A stretch of 64,000 nucleotides of DNA from Candidatus Thorarchaeota archaeon (GTDB lineage: Archaea > Asgardarchaeota > Thorarchaeia > Thorarchaeales > Thorarchaeaceae), in contig JAGSHN010000012.1 of the NCBI GenBank assembly GCA_029855935.1, positions 96,001 through 160,000 of the forward strand, written 5' to 3'. A program made the translations under genes and the position numbers. The notes under the pieces were generated by a model. It was not told where the DNA came from and did no database searches. It worked only from the letters and a program-made list of their open reading frames with translations. Below are positions 30,554 through 39,021 of this stretch, piece after piece (within the stretch, counting starts at the first letter, position 1; each line of letters starts with the position of its first letter).

Positions 30554-31377
30554 TTTCCCGCGCTGTACGGCCGGATGACCCTCGAGACCGGTTGGGTCTG
30601 GAAGAACGTGAACTTCGTGTCCGGGAACTGGAGACTCAGGTAGTTGTACAGTCTCCTCATTCCTGGTTCCTCGGTGTAGAAGTCACCAGTCTCGATGACG
30701 TTGATGCCCTCCTCGCTCGCCAGCAGTCTGACCTCAGGGGGGAGTGTGCCGGTCACTATTGTGCGAATCCCCTCCCTCTTGGTCCTCACTATCTCAGGCA
30801 TATCTAGAATGGTGCCGGCAACGACAAGTATGTCCTCGACATCTTGGTCGAGATCGCCAGTAAAGAGGATGTTGTCCACAGCAAGTTTTCCGGCAACGAG
30901 ATTGACCAGTGTGGAGTGATTGATGGTGTCCTCGGTGCGACAGACCCTGCCGATGGGCACCTGCGTACCAAGATCCCCCCTGGTCTCGAACTTCCGGAGC
31001 GACTTCATCTCCAAGACGTCCACGAGAGCATCGGTCAGGCCATCACGTGCCGCAATCCACGGACTCCCCATTACGTATAGCGACATGTAGTTCTTGAGAA
31101 TGAGTCGAAGGCGAATCTCGTCGATACCCGTGATTCTGTCCACAGGCCAGATGAAGAGGGGCCGCTCAGTTATGATCAAGTTCGCCTTCGCCTGAGAGGC
31201 CTGCGCGACTGCTCGAGGTGAAGGATATGTAGTCACTAGGACACGACTCACAGCCGTCTGCGCCTGTTCCACGTCTGTCTGCGGACCAACCTCGACGCGG
31301 CTCTCAAGACCCTGCAGGACGAACTCAGGGGGCGCCAGAGTGGCAAGATGGCTCACTATGTCTCTCAGGGTTATCAT
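30550..31377 (-). CDS. Nif3-like (YbgI) fold protein with degenerate metal site
   Basis: Overall Nif3 layout (LAP, ANLIIT..PLF, IGRV, IVTG, TE..G), but HH/H ligands are replaced. Confidence 0.8.
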   Translation of the reverse strand: MITLRDIVSHLATLAPPEFVLQGLESRVEVGPQTDVEQAQTAVSRVLVTTYPSPRAVAQASQAKANLIITERPLFIWPVDRITGIDEIRLRLILKNYMSLYVMGSPWIAARDGLTDALVDVLEMKSLRKFETRGDLGTQVPIGRVCRTEDTINHSTLVNLVAGKLAVDNILFTGDLDQDVEDILVVAGTILDMPEIVRTKREGIRTIVTGTLPPEVRLLASEEGINVIETGDFYTEEPGMRRLYNYLSLQFPDTKFTFFQTQPVSRVIRPYSAGN

Positions 31378-31482
31378 GGTGCGCACCTGTCACAAGGACC
31401 AGCGTGAACGGGGCTGACGTGCCCACTACCACTGGTAGGTGGCTCCACCTAAGTTTACCGCTCGACGACAGGACGCATTCTG

Positions 31483-31857
31483 CTATTCAGATGGGGTGGC
31501 GTCCATGTCCTCGCCCTCGAAATCTGTGTCGGCCTCGTCGGGGAGTTCCTCACCCTCCTCTTCCTCAAAGTCCTCGTCTACGCTGTAGATCTCCTCGAGT
31601 TCCTCCCCAATATCAATCTCCTCAATCTCAGGCTCCTTGGCCTTCTCTCTCTTCTTCTCCTTCTTCTTGCCCTTCTTCTCAGGCCTCTTGGCCTGCTCCC
31701 CTATCCTGCCATGACGTCTCTTGAGCAGGAGCCAGTATCTCGCCCTAGCCTTGCGTAGTCTCCGCATTCGCCTGAAGTCGGTTGCTGAGGGATTCTGGGT
31801 CTTCCTCAGGCGTGTCAGTTCTCGTACAAGGGCCTTCTCTTTGTTCAAGCCTGCCAT
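31483..31857 (-). CDS. hypothetical protein with basic N-half and acidic C-tail
   Basis: ATG follows GAAGGAG; strongly charge-segregated ORF. Confidence 0.7.
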   Translation of the reverse strand: MAGLNKEKALVRELTRLRKTQNPSATDFRRMRRLRKARARYWLLLKRRHGRIGEQAKRPEKKGKKKEKKREKAKEPEIEEIDIGEELEEIYSVDEDFEEEEGEELPDEADTDFEGEDMDATPSE

Positions 31858-31952
31858 CTCCTTCAAAGAGTCGACTGTCCAGAAGTAGTTCTTGTTATAA
31901 CTGTGACGTTGTAGATTCCTATGGGAGAGATGCAGCCATGGGCAATCCTTTT

Positions 31953-31981
31953 CACATCAGACGCAGTCCTCATCTGATGTG
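31953..31981. promoter_or_regulatory. 9-bp perfect inverted repeat (CACATCAGA-N11-TCTGATGTG) in a divergent intergenic region
   Basis: Read directly from the sequence; about 50 nt upstream of an RHH-domain gene. Confidence 0.4.
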
Positions 31982-32029
31982 CGACTGTGGCGGGAGTGAT
32001 GACAGCTGTCCCCGAAGAGAGACTCGCCG

Positions 32030-32527
32030 ATGAAAAGCATACGGGTGAACCTTGAGCAGGATGTCCTCGACAGGGTCGACAGAGTCGCGGGCCCGGGCGG
32101 TCGTCAGAGGTTCATCCGCGAGGCAATCCTCTGGCGTCTCGACAGAGAGATTCCTCCCTTCGTCACTGAACTTGAGTCGCGCCTCAATGAACTGGAGAGT
32201 CGTGTCTCACGTCTGGAGGATCTTCATGGGCCGCAGACGTTCGCAGGCGAGTTGAGCGACGTGGTCACACGGCAGGTCTGCAGAGACGATCTCGAGCGGC
32301 GAATCCTTACCTATTTCCTCCGTCACGGTGGTGCCACAACGCCTGAGCTCGCGGAGGCCCTCCTTGGGGACAGCAGAAAACGACGTACAATTCTTAGCAG
32401 GATGGAGGGCATCAATAGGCGCGCCACGGAGCTGCTTGGCGCCCCGCTCTTCAGACTCGAGAAGGGAGTTGTCAGAGGAAAGCGCGGCGCGTGGTGGTTG
32501 ACGGACGTGGACCTACTCAGACGATGA
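32030..32527 (+). CDS. RHH-like + coiled-coil + winged-HTH putative regulator
   Basis: SIRVNL...RQRFIREAI; heptad repeats; RILTYFLRHGGATTPELAEAL. Confidence 0.7.
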   Translation: MKSIRVNLEQDVLDRVDRVAGPGGRQRFIREAILWRLDREIPPFVTELESRLNELESRVSRLEDLHGPQTFAGELSDVVTRQVCRDDLERRILTYFLRHGGATTPELAEALLGDSRKRRTILSRMEGINRRATELLGAPLFRLEKGVVRGKRGAWWLTDVDLLRR

Positions 32528-32628
32528 TTGAGATCTGGGGGTACACACATGGTCTTCGTGTTGGTGGGCTGGGACTAGGACTGCGCCCCACGGGGCTATC
32601 ATCTTGTGGATGTGCTCCAGAGCAAATC

Positions 32629-32634
32629 TTTAAA
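32629..32634 (+). promoter_or_regulatory. putative TATA box for tRNA-Arg(CCG)
   Basis: TTTAAA about 25-30 nt upstream of the tRNA start. Confidence 0.5.
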
Positions 32635-32658
32635 GAACTGCCACTGACCCTGATAATC

Positions 32659-32736
32659 GGGGCCGTAGTCTAGCTTGGATAAGGCGCCAGCCTCCGGAGT
32701 TGGTCTTCCCCGGTTCGAATCCGGGCGGTCCCGCCA
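32659..32736 (+). tRNA. tRNA-Arg, anticodon CCG
   Basis: Acceptor GGGGCCG/CGGTCCC, anticodon arm CCAGC-CTCCGGA-GTTGG, T arm CCCGG-TTCGAAT-CCGGG, encoded CCA. Confidence 0.96.
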
Positions 32737-32787
32737 TCTCCTTCTCCGATTGCCCCTGAGCCGCTCCAGACCTAGTGTGGTGCTTAT

Positions 32788-33033
32788 ATGAGCCCCTCAA
32801 CACAGGATGACGAGGAGACCGTATTGAGTGTCGTCAACCAGCATGTGCCGGAGGCAGAGGGCGACGAGGGTCATAGTATTGCCCGCAGGCTTGAGAGGTA
32901 TCTCAACAGCAGCCTAGGTTGGATGATAATGAATCATCTTGAGGACGGTGAGAGCTTTGTCCTTCGTGTGGAGCGAGAACGGGTGCGCGTGACGAAGAGA
33001 AACGGGCGTGCGATAGTCGAAGTCCTCGGCTGA
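32788..33033 (+). CDS. small hypothetical protein between the two tRNAs
   Basis: 81-aa ORF with a plausible alpha/beta pattern. Confidence 0.55.
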   Translation: MSPSTQDDEETVLSVVNQHVPEAEGDEGHSIARRLERYLNSSLGWMIMNHLEDGESFVLRVERERVRVTKRNGRAIVEVLG

Positions 33034-33233
33034 GACAGCAATCAGGCATCCTCTCTGTTGTTCTGCGCCTGTCGCGAGCTGGCTAGATGCCGGCATCACA
33101 CCGCGATCAGCACAGGGTCTACAGTAATAGTTCCATACGCTCTCCGCGACAAACTGCCAGTCATCTCCCCCGACAGTCAGCAGTCGCATCCTCAGCGAAG
33201 AGTCTATAAGAGAAACGCTCGCTCCGAGTCAAC

Positions 33234-33311
33234 GGGGCCGTAGTCTAGCTTGGATAAGGCGCCAGCCTGCGGAGTTGGTAATCCCCGGTTCAAATCCGGG
33301 CGGTCCCGCCA
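33234..33311 (+). tRNA. tRNA-Arg, anticodon GCG
   Basis: Same cloverleaf; anticodon loop CTGCGGA, T loop TTCAAAT, encoded CCA; TATAAG at 33205-33210; pyrimidine tract downstream. Confidence 0.96.
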
Positions 33312-33413
33312 TCTTTTCTTCTCTTGTACCGCCTACAATTCGAGAGCCTTATATGGCGTCTTTCACGGGCGACACGACCTGTCACTAACGGTACTGTCAT
33401 AGGGCTGTGAGAT

Positions 33414-34541
33414 ATGCAATTCATCCCTGGACGCATAGATAGAACGCATCGTTTGATGCGGAACGAGGGTATTGACGGGATCATAGTGACCCGTCCCTCA
33501 AACGTTCAATACCTGACAGGTTACGGCCAGACAAGGGATGATATGCCTGTCGCTTGCGTATTGGGGACGGACAGTCTTCCTGTTCTGATCATCCCCGACG
33601 GACTGCTTGTTTCTCTGCCTTCTGATTCTGTCTTGGGCAATGCCGTGGGATACAGCCGTCATGAGTACAACTATTGGGACTTCTCACTAGAGTCAGACTT
33701 CTGGCAGTGCATCTCAGAGGTCGTTAGAGGCGCATCGCTTGCTGACGGAGAGATAGGCCTAGAGCTGAACTGGCTGTCGGTGAGAGAGTTCGAGGGACTG
33801 AAGAAGCTCCTCCCTGACGCTGGCTTCCGCGACTTCTCCCAACAGCTCTGGCATCTGCGTTCGGTCAAGGACGCCGCCGAGATTGACGCCATCGTGCAGG
33901 CTGTCCGAATCGCTGAGATCGGGATGCGCACCGCACTGGAGCTTGTTCGTGCAGGTGAGTCTGAGATGGCCGCATCACTTGAGTCGGAGTCTGCGATGCG
34001 ACGCGCTGGCGGTCAGCAGCGAGGGATTCGCGCTGCGGTTCTGTGTGGTGCCCACGCACGTGACCCTCAGGCGCAGCCGGGAATGACACGCATCTCTGCG
34101 AAGGATATTGTTGTCATAGACGTGACTGTCAGCCTTGCTGGCTACTTTGCGGAGATATCACGGACCTGTCATCCTACCACTCCTAGTGTTCACCAACGGC
34201 GTCTCTTTGAATATAGCACCACCCTGCTGGAAACGCTTGCCGACGGCCTGAGCGCTGGAGAGGCGATAGGACCTGTTGTCGAGCGGTCGGTGAGGATGTG
34301 TCATCAGTCACTTCCCGAGTGTACGGTCAACGAGCCCCTCGGTAGCTCGATAGGACTTGACCTCCACGAACCGCCCTTCATCGAGTCTGCGTGTGACTCA
34401 GTGTTACGGGAGAATGCAGTAGTATCTCTCAGACCGACGTGCTCGTTGAGCGATGCTGGAACCGTACAGATTGCGGATATGTACCTCGTGACCCGTGATC
34501 GACTACATCGTCTAAGCCGGGTCTCTCTGGAGACACTGTGA
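33414..34541 (+). CDS. M24/Xaa-Pro aminopeptidase-fold protein (creatinase N-domain + pita-bread domain) with degenerate active site
   Basis: NVQYLTG, LRSVKDAAEID, VIDV...GYFAEISRT, GSSIGLDLHEPP. Confidence 0.85.
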   Translation: MQFIPGRIDRTHRLMRNEGIDGIIVTRPSNVQYLTGYGQTRDDMPVACVLGTDSLPVLIIPDGLLVSLPSDSVLGNAVGYSRHEYNYWDFSLESDFWQCISEVVRGASLADGEIGLELNWLSVREFEGLKKLLPDAGFRDFSQQLWHLRSVKDAAEIDAIVQAVRIAEIGMRTALELVRAGESEMAASLESESAMRRAGGQQRGIRAAVLCGAHARDPQAQPGMTRISAKDIVVIDVTVSLAGYFAEISRTCHPTTPSVHQRRLFEYSTTLLETLADGLSAGEAIGPVVERSVRMCHQSLPECTVNEPLGSSIGLDLHEPPFIESACDSVLRENAVVSLRPTCSLSDAGTVQIADMYLVTRDRLHRLSRVSLETL

Positions 34542-34546
34542 TGGCG

Positions 34547-35071
34547 TCACGGGACAGACTGCCACTTCTTTAGCTTCTGAAACACCAGAGATATGGTCTC
34601 TGCACGATGTTCCGCCTTTTCCAGCTCATCGCGGGACAGCTCGCGTATCTGGGCTGCGGGCGCCCCCGAATTGACGCTTCTTGGTGGGATAACGACGTTC
34701 GCTGGTACTATGGCTCCGGGGGCCAGTACCACACCCTCCCCCAACGTCGCGCCGTCGAAGACTACGCATCCCTCACCTATTGTCACTAGGTCGCCCAGAT
34801 ACACACCGTGAAGGACCGACGCCGTGCCAATGACAACTCGATTGCCTATGACGGCTGGATTGTCTTTGTTGTGCGCATGAATGACAACACTGTCTTGGAT
34901 GCAGCTCTCCTCTCCAATTCTGACTGGGGCCTCGTCGCCGCGAATGACGGCACCGGGCCAGATGCTCGTTCTGGCCCCAATCTCGACATCGCCTACTATC
35001 GTTGCCTGAGGACTCACGTATGCTGACTCGTCGATGCGTGGCATGACATCACGAAAAGGTAGGATTGGCAC
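34547..35071 (-). CDS. gamma-carbonic anhydrase/left-handed beta-helix family protein
   Basis: P.IDESAYV, IVGDV.IG, VIRGD, IQD..VIH, VLHG, hexapeptide repeats. Confidence 0.9.
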   Translation of the reverse strand: MPILPFRDVMPRIDESAYVSPQATIVGDVEIGARTSIWPGAVIRGDEAPVRIGEESCIQDSVVIHAHNKDNPAVIGNRVVIGTASVLHGVYLGDLVTIGEGCVVFDGATLGEGVVLAPGAIVPANVVIPPRSVNSGAPAAQIRELSRDELEKAEHRAETISLVFQKLKKWQSVP

Positions 35072-35176
35072 CTTCGAATCACTCCCTGTGCATATGTTCT
35101 ACGACAGATGCGTCATATAAACCATAATATCGCCTGCTCAATGTGATGACACCGAGATTGAGGTGGCGCGTGAGAG

Positions 35177-35548
35177 TCAGTCCCCCAAGAACTGTTCGAT
35201 TACCTCCTCGTACACCTCTGTGTCTCGCAGGCCGATTATGCGGTCAGTCTCTTGATATCCTCCGGTCAATCGACTGTACATCTTCACGCGCGCGGGCTTT
35301 CCGTCGAAGTAGACCAGGACGCACGGGATGGCTGTTATCTGATGTTCAATGGCAAACTCACGATATTCATCGACGTTGAGCTTCACGAAGGCGATATCGG
35401 GATTATGAGAGTGCTCTCTCTCAAGCTCTTCAAGACGCGGGGTCAGCGCCCTGCAGGGCCCACACCATGCAGCCCAGCAGTCGACGAAGACGAGTCGTTT
35501 CTCCTTTATGATCTCCTCAAGTTCCTCGGGACTGACGTCTCTGACCAT
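35177..35548 (-). CDS. thioredoxin (WCGPC)
   Basis: VDCWAAWCGPC, FVKLNVD, ITAIP. Confidence 0.93.
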   Translation of the reverse strand: MVRDVSPEELEEIIKEKRLVFVDCWAAWCGPCRALTPRLEELEREHSHNPDIAFVKLNVDEYREFAIEHQITAIPCVLVYFDGKPARVKMYSRLTGGYQETDRIIGLRDTEVYEEVIEQFLGD

Positions 35549-35730
35549 AGTCCGTTCCTCCTCTGCACTCAGTTATGATTGGGTGACCTACGCGGTTCCC
35601 TCTGTAAAGTGTTACGTCCTATACGTAGCTCCCCGTCCTTTCAGGATCGGGTCGGAGTAGCGCCATACCATCAGTCTCTCGGGCCGCGGGTCAGTCTGCA
35701 GTCCCTTTCACTGCATAACACATAGTTGTG

Positions 35731-35771
35731 AGAAAAAACAGGTCTAGAGGGGTGGGACCGTAGAGTCCCAC
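35731..35771 (-). terminator. putative terminator after the upstream thioredoxin (hairpin + T-tract)
   Basis: GTGGGAC/GTCCCAC stem at 35752-35771, followed on the minus strand by TGTTTTTTCT. Confidence 0.55.
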
Positions 35772-35783
35772 AGAGTCCTCTGA

Positions 35784-36146
35784 CTATGCCGCTGCGTCAG
35801 CGAGCAGGTTCTGAATGATCTGTTCGTAGACCTCCTCGGGCATCACGCCGACAAGCTTGTCTAGCTTTCGGCCGCTCCCATCGTCAAATATGACTCGTCG
35901 TCCCTCACTGTAGACGAGGACACTGGGCACGCCCGTAATCTGATTGACCATGCTGAACTCTTGGTTCTGGTCCACGTCAATCTTGACGACCTTGAATCCC
36001 CTGTCGGCGTACTTCTCGTGAAGTTCCTCAAGGATTGGACTGAGTATCTTGCATGGGTGACACCAGACCGCATAGCAGTCCACGAATACAACTTTGTTCT
36101 CACTGATCACCTTGTCCAGCTGATCTGCATTGATCTCTTCGACCAT
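35784..36146 (-). CDS. thioredoxin (WCHPC)
   Basis: VDCYAVWCHPC, VKIDVD, ITGVP; ATG follows GAAGTGAT. Confidence 0.93.
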   Translation of the reverse strand: MVEEINADQLDKVISENKVVFVDCYAVWCHPCKILSPILEELHEKYADRGFKVVKIDVDQNQEFSMVNQITGVPSVLVYSEGRRVIFDDGSGRKLDKLVGVMPEEVYEQIIQNLLADAAA

Positions 36147-36340
36147 CTTTATCACTTCATCTCCCGTTGCTTTACGGGCGGTTGTGTACGACTCGCGCAC
36201 AACCGCTAAAAAGCATTGTGATAGGTCCTCATCCCCGGTCCACCTCTCGTGAGAAGAAACAGCCCGTTGATGGCGTCTCTCACACTAAAACCTTCATAAG
36301 TGAAGCTCTACCGGCTGTTTCTAGTCGGGTGTGTACTCCA

Positions 36341-38986
36341 ATGCCAGTCCTGCACTGTGCGCGCTGCGGCTCGAAGCTGACAATCTTCAAGGCTGGCGGC
36401 ATATGGACCGTACGATGCAGCACGTGTGGGATTGAGTTGATGGTCGATGGGCGTTCGAAAGACCTCTTCGATGCCTACGAGGAGTTCACGGAGGGCGTGA
36501 TGTCTGGGCGTCTAAGACCCTCGGCTCCCAGAGCTCGGACTGCAGCGACAGAGGTTCTGAGTGTGGAGCCAACTACTCGTAGGCGAGCCCAGAGGGGCAA
36601 GTCCCCGGCACGCGTTGAGACACCCTCGGAGGTCAAGGCCAAGATCTTGGCCGGGGGGAGTCGGCTTGAGGATCTCCCCCGGGCCGTCAGGGCTCTGGTC
36701 GAGCGCGGTCGCGACTATCTCGTTTCGTACAAGTATATGCCAGCGACCGATGCAGACTACGGGGCGTCCATTGATGACATGCCCATACCAAACCGGCTGC
36801 GCGAGGTGCTGAAGAGGAGGGGAATCGACCGGCTGTATAGGTTCCAAGAGGAGGCGTTCGGTGCCATTCTTGATGGCCGTGACGTCGTCATCACGGCTCC
36901 GACAGGGCAGGGCAAGACGGAGGCATTCATCCTTCCAATCATATTGAGGCTCGTCAAGACAATCGATGAGGCGATGTTCAATCCAGGCGTCCGAGCGCTG
37001 CTAATCTATCCGACGAAGGCGCTTGCCCGTGATCAATACGAGAAGATACGAGAGATGTGCAGGGCCGCAAGCCTCATTACTGGAATCTTTGATGGTGATG
37101 TGTCGTCCTCCGAACGCGATAGGCTGTACGAACGTCCGCCCGACATACTGCTGACGAATCCTGATGTGCTTCACTATCATCTTGGATGGTCGAGGTCGCG
37201 TCTGACACCAATTCTGCGCTCGGTGCGATATGTTGTCCTAGATGAGATTCATCTCTATACCGGGTCAATGGGCGCCAATGTTTACTACATTCTCAAGCGG
37301 CTTGAGCTGGAAACCGGACGCCTACAGAAGATTGGTGCCTCTGCCACAGTTGCGAACCCCAAGGAGTTCGCCGACATGCTCTTTGACAGTGACACCTATC
37401 TCGTTCGCTCTGAGAGGGCCCGGAGGGGCCCGGTGCACTTTATGATGTATTATCCGGGAGAGCGAAGCAAGTACAGCATGATTACCGACATCGTGTCGAC
37501 ACTTATCCGTGGCGGATTCAAGACCCTCGTCTTCGGGAACACGCACAGCGAGGCCGAACTGCTGAACCTCCTGCTGCGGGAACAGGGAATCAAGTCAATG
37601 GTCCACCGCGCGGGCCTGCCAAAGAAGTACCGACTGGAAGTCGAGGACAGTTTTCGGAGGGGCGCTCTCCCAGTCATAGTCTCGACGCCGACGCTGGAGC
37701 TTGGCATAGACATTGGAGACCTCGACTGTGTAGTGAGCATGATTGTGTCGATAACTCGGCTGACGCAGCGTGTCGGACGTGCCGGGCGGAAGGGTCAGGA
37801 GAGCGTGGCAGTGCTGGCGCTGCGCGACAACGACCCCATCTCATCGTTCTACCGCTACAAACCTGAGAAGTACTTTACGGACATCGATGCGGCCTATATG
37901 GAGCCCGAGAACGAGGTGGTCGGACGCGTTCAGCTCATAGCTGCAGCCATGACGGGGAAGCTGAGGACCTCGATGTTTCCGCGTCAGATGCGACTGTTTG
38001 AATCGCTTCAGGAGGAGGGGCTGATCTCAATTGATGAGGATGGTACAGTACGTATCAAGGACTTCTCTCGTGCAAGGAAGATCTGGCACGAGTACAGCAT
38101 ACGTGGAATTGGCGATGTCGTGGAGATTCGCACAGAGCGCAAGAAGATTGGGGAGCGCACCATGCCAATGGCCGCGCAAGAGCTGCATCCTGGTGCCATC
38201 TATCTCCACGGAGGCAACGCCTATCGGTCTGTAGAGTTCAAGTATCGTCCTGGCCTCGGTAGGGCTCGTGTCGTCCCGTACCAGGGACCCAGGGTCTACA
38301 CTAGGCCGCTCTACTCAATAATGCCAGCAATAGTGCAGGTGCACGAGGCGAAGCAGGTACTTGGTATGAGAGTGATCTATTGTACCCTGCGAATGACACA
38401 GGAGGTAACGGGCTACCTCACGCTCGAGACACGCACTGGCAAAGTCATCGGAAAGGAGTGGCTGGCCGAGCCGCTCGTCTATAGCTATCTGACCAGGGGA
38501 ATCGCCTTCAAGGCGCCACCACCGAAGCGCTCAGTAGAGCAGTACTTGAAGAGGAATCTGGAGGACTCCAGAGGAATGCTGATGGGAGTCACGCAGCTCT
38601 ATGGTGGCGCTTACCATGCGCTTGAGCACGTCCTCATTGAGTCGAGTGACATGCTTACAGGAGGCAGCACGCGCGAGATCGGTGGTGTCTCGATGGGCGA
38701 CTCGGGTGTCATATTCGTCTACGATGGCAGTCCTGGCGGGAATGGCGCCTCCAAACTGCTCTTTTCAAGGCTGCCGGAAGCGTTTTCACGTGTGGAGACA
38801 ATACTGTCAAGATGCGAGTGCAAGACTGTAGACGGATGTCCCCTGTGCACGTACTCGTACCAGTGCGGCAACAACAATCAACCGCTCTTCAAGCCTGGCG
38901 CGCTGGAGAGCGTGAGACAGATTCTGAAGGGCGTCAGTACATCGATTGAGGATGACTCTCACATCGGGTATGAGCCTCTGGTCTGA
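36341..38986 (+). CDS. DEAD/DEAH-box helicase, Hrq1/MrfA family (DUF1998), with N-terminal zinc ribbon
   Basis: APTGQGKT, YPTKALA.DQ, DEIH, SAT, TLELGIDIG, QRVGRAGR; C-terminal CEC..GCP.C.....CGN; N-terminal CARC..CSTC. Confidence 0.93.
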   Translation: MPVLHCARCGSKLTIFKAGGIWTVRCSTCGIELMVDGRSKDLFDAYEEFTEGVMSGRLRPSAPRARTAATEVLSVEPTTRRRAQRGKSPARVETPSEVKAKILAGGSRLEDLPRAVRALVERGRDYLVSYKYMPATDADYGASIDDMPIPNRLREVLKRRGIDRLYRFQEEAFGAILDGRDVVITAPTGQGKTEAFILPIILRLVKTIDEAMFNPGVRALLIYPTKALARDQYEKIREMCRAASLITGIFDGDVSSSERDRLYERPPDILLTNPDVLHYHLGWSRSRLTPILRSVRYVVLDEIHLYTGSMGANVYYILKRLELETGRLQKIGASATVANPKEFADMLFDSDTYLVRSERARRGPVHFMMYYPGERSKYSMITDIVSTLIRGGFKTLVFGNTHSEAELLNLLLREQGIKSMVHRAGLPKKYRLEVEDSFRRGALPVIVSTPTLELGIDIGDLDCVVSMIVSITRLTQRVGRAGRKGQESVAVLALRDNDPISSFYRYKPEKYFTDIDAAYMEPENEVVGRVQLIAAAMTGKLRTSMFPRQMRLFESLQEEGLISIDEDGTVRIKDFSRARKIWHEYSIRGIGDVVEIRTERKKIGERTMPMAAQELHPGAIYLHGGNAYRSVEFKYRPGLGRARVVPYQGPRVYTRPLYSIMPAIVQVHEAKQVLGMRVIYCTLRMTQEVTGYLTLETRTGKVIGKEWLAEPLVYSYLTRGIAFKAPPPKRSVEQYLKRNLEDSRGMLMGVTQLYGGAYHALEHVLIESSDMLTGGSTREIGGVSMGDSGVIFVYDGSPGGNGASKLLFSRLPEAFSRVETILSRCECKTVDGCPLCTYSYQCGNNNQPLFKPGALESVRQILKGVSTSIEDDSHIGYEPLV

Positions 38987-39021
38987 CCGACGGTCCGGTT
39001 GATCGACCGACCCGCGAGTGG

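Noticed and set aside
32659-33311. tRNA pair as attL/attR of an integrated element
   Set aside because: Both tRNAs are complete, with different anticodons and their own promoters; there is no integrase nearby.
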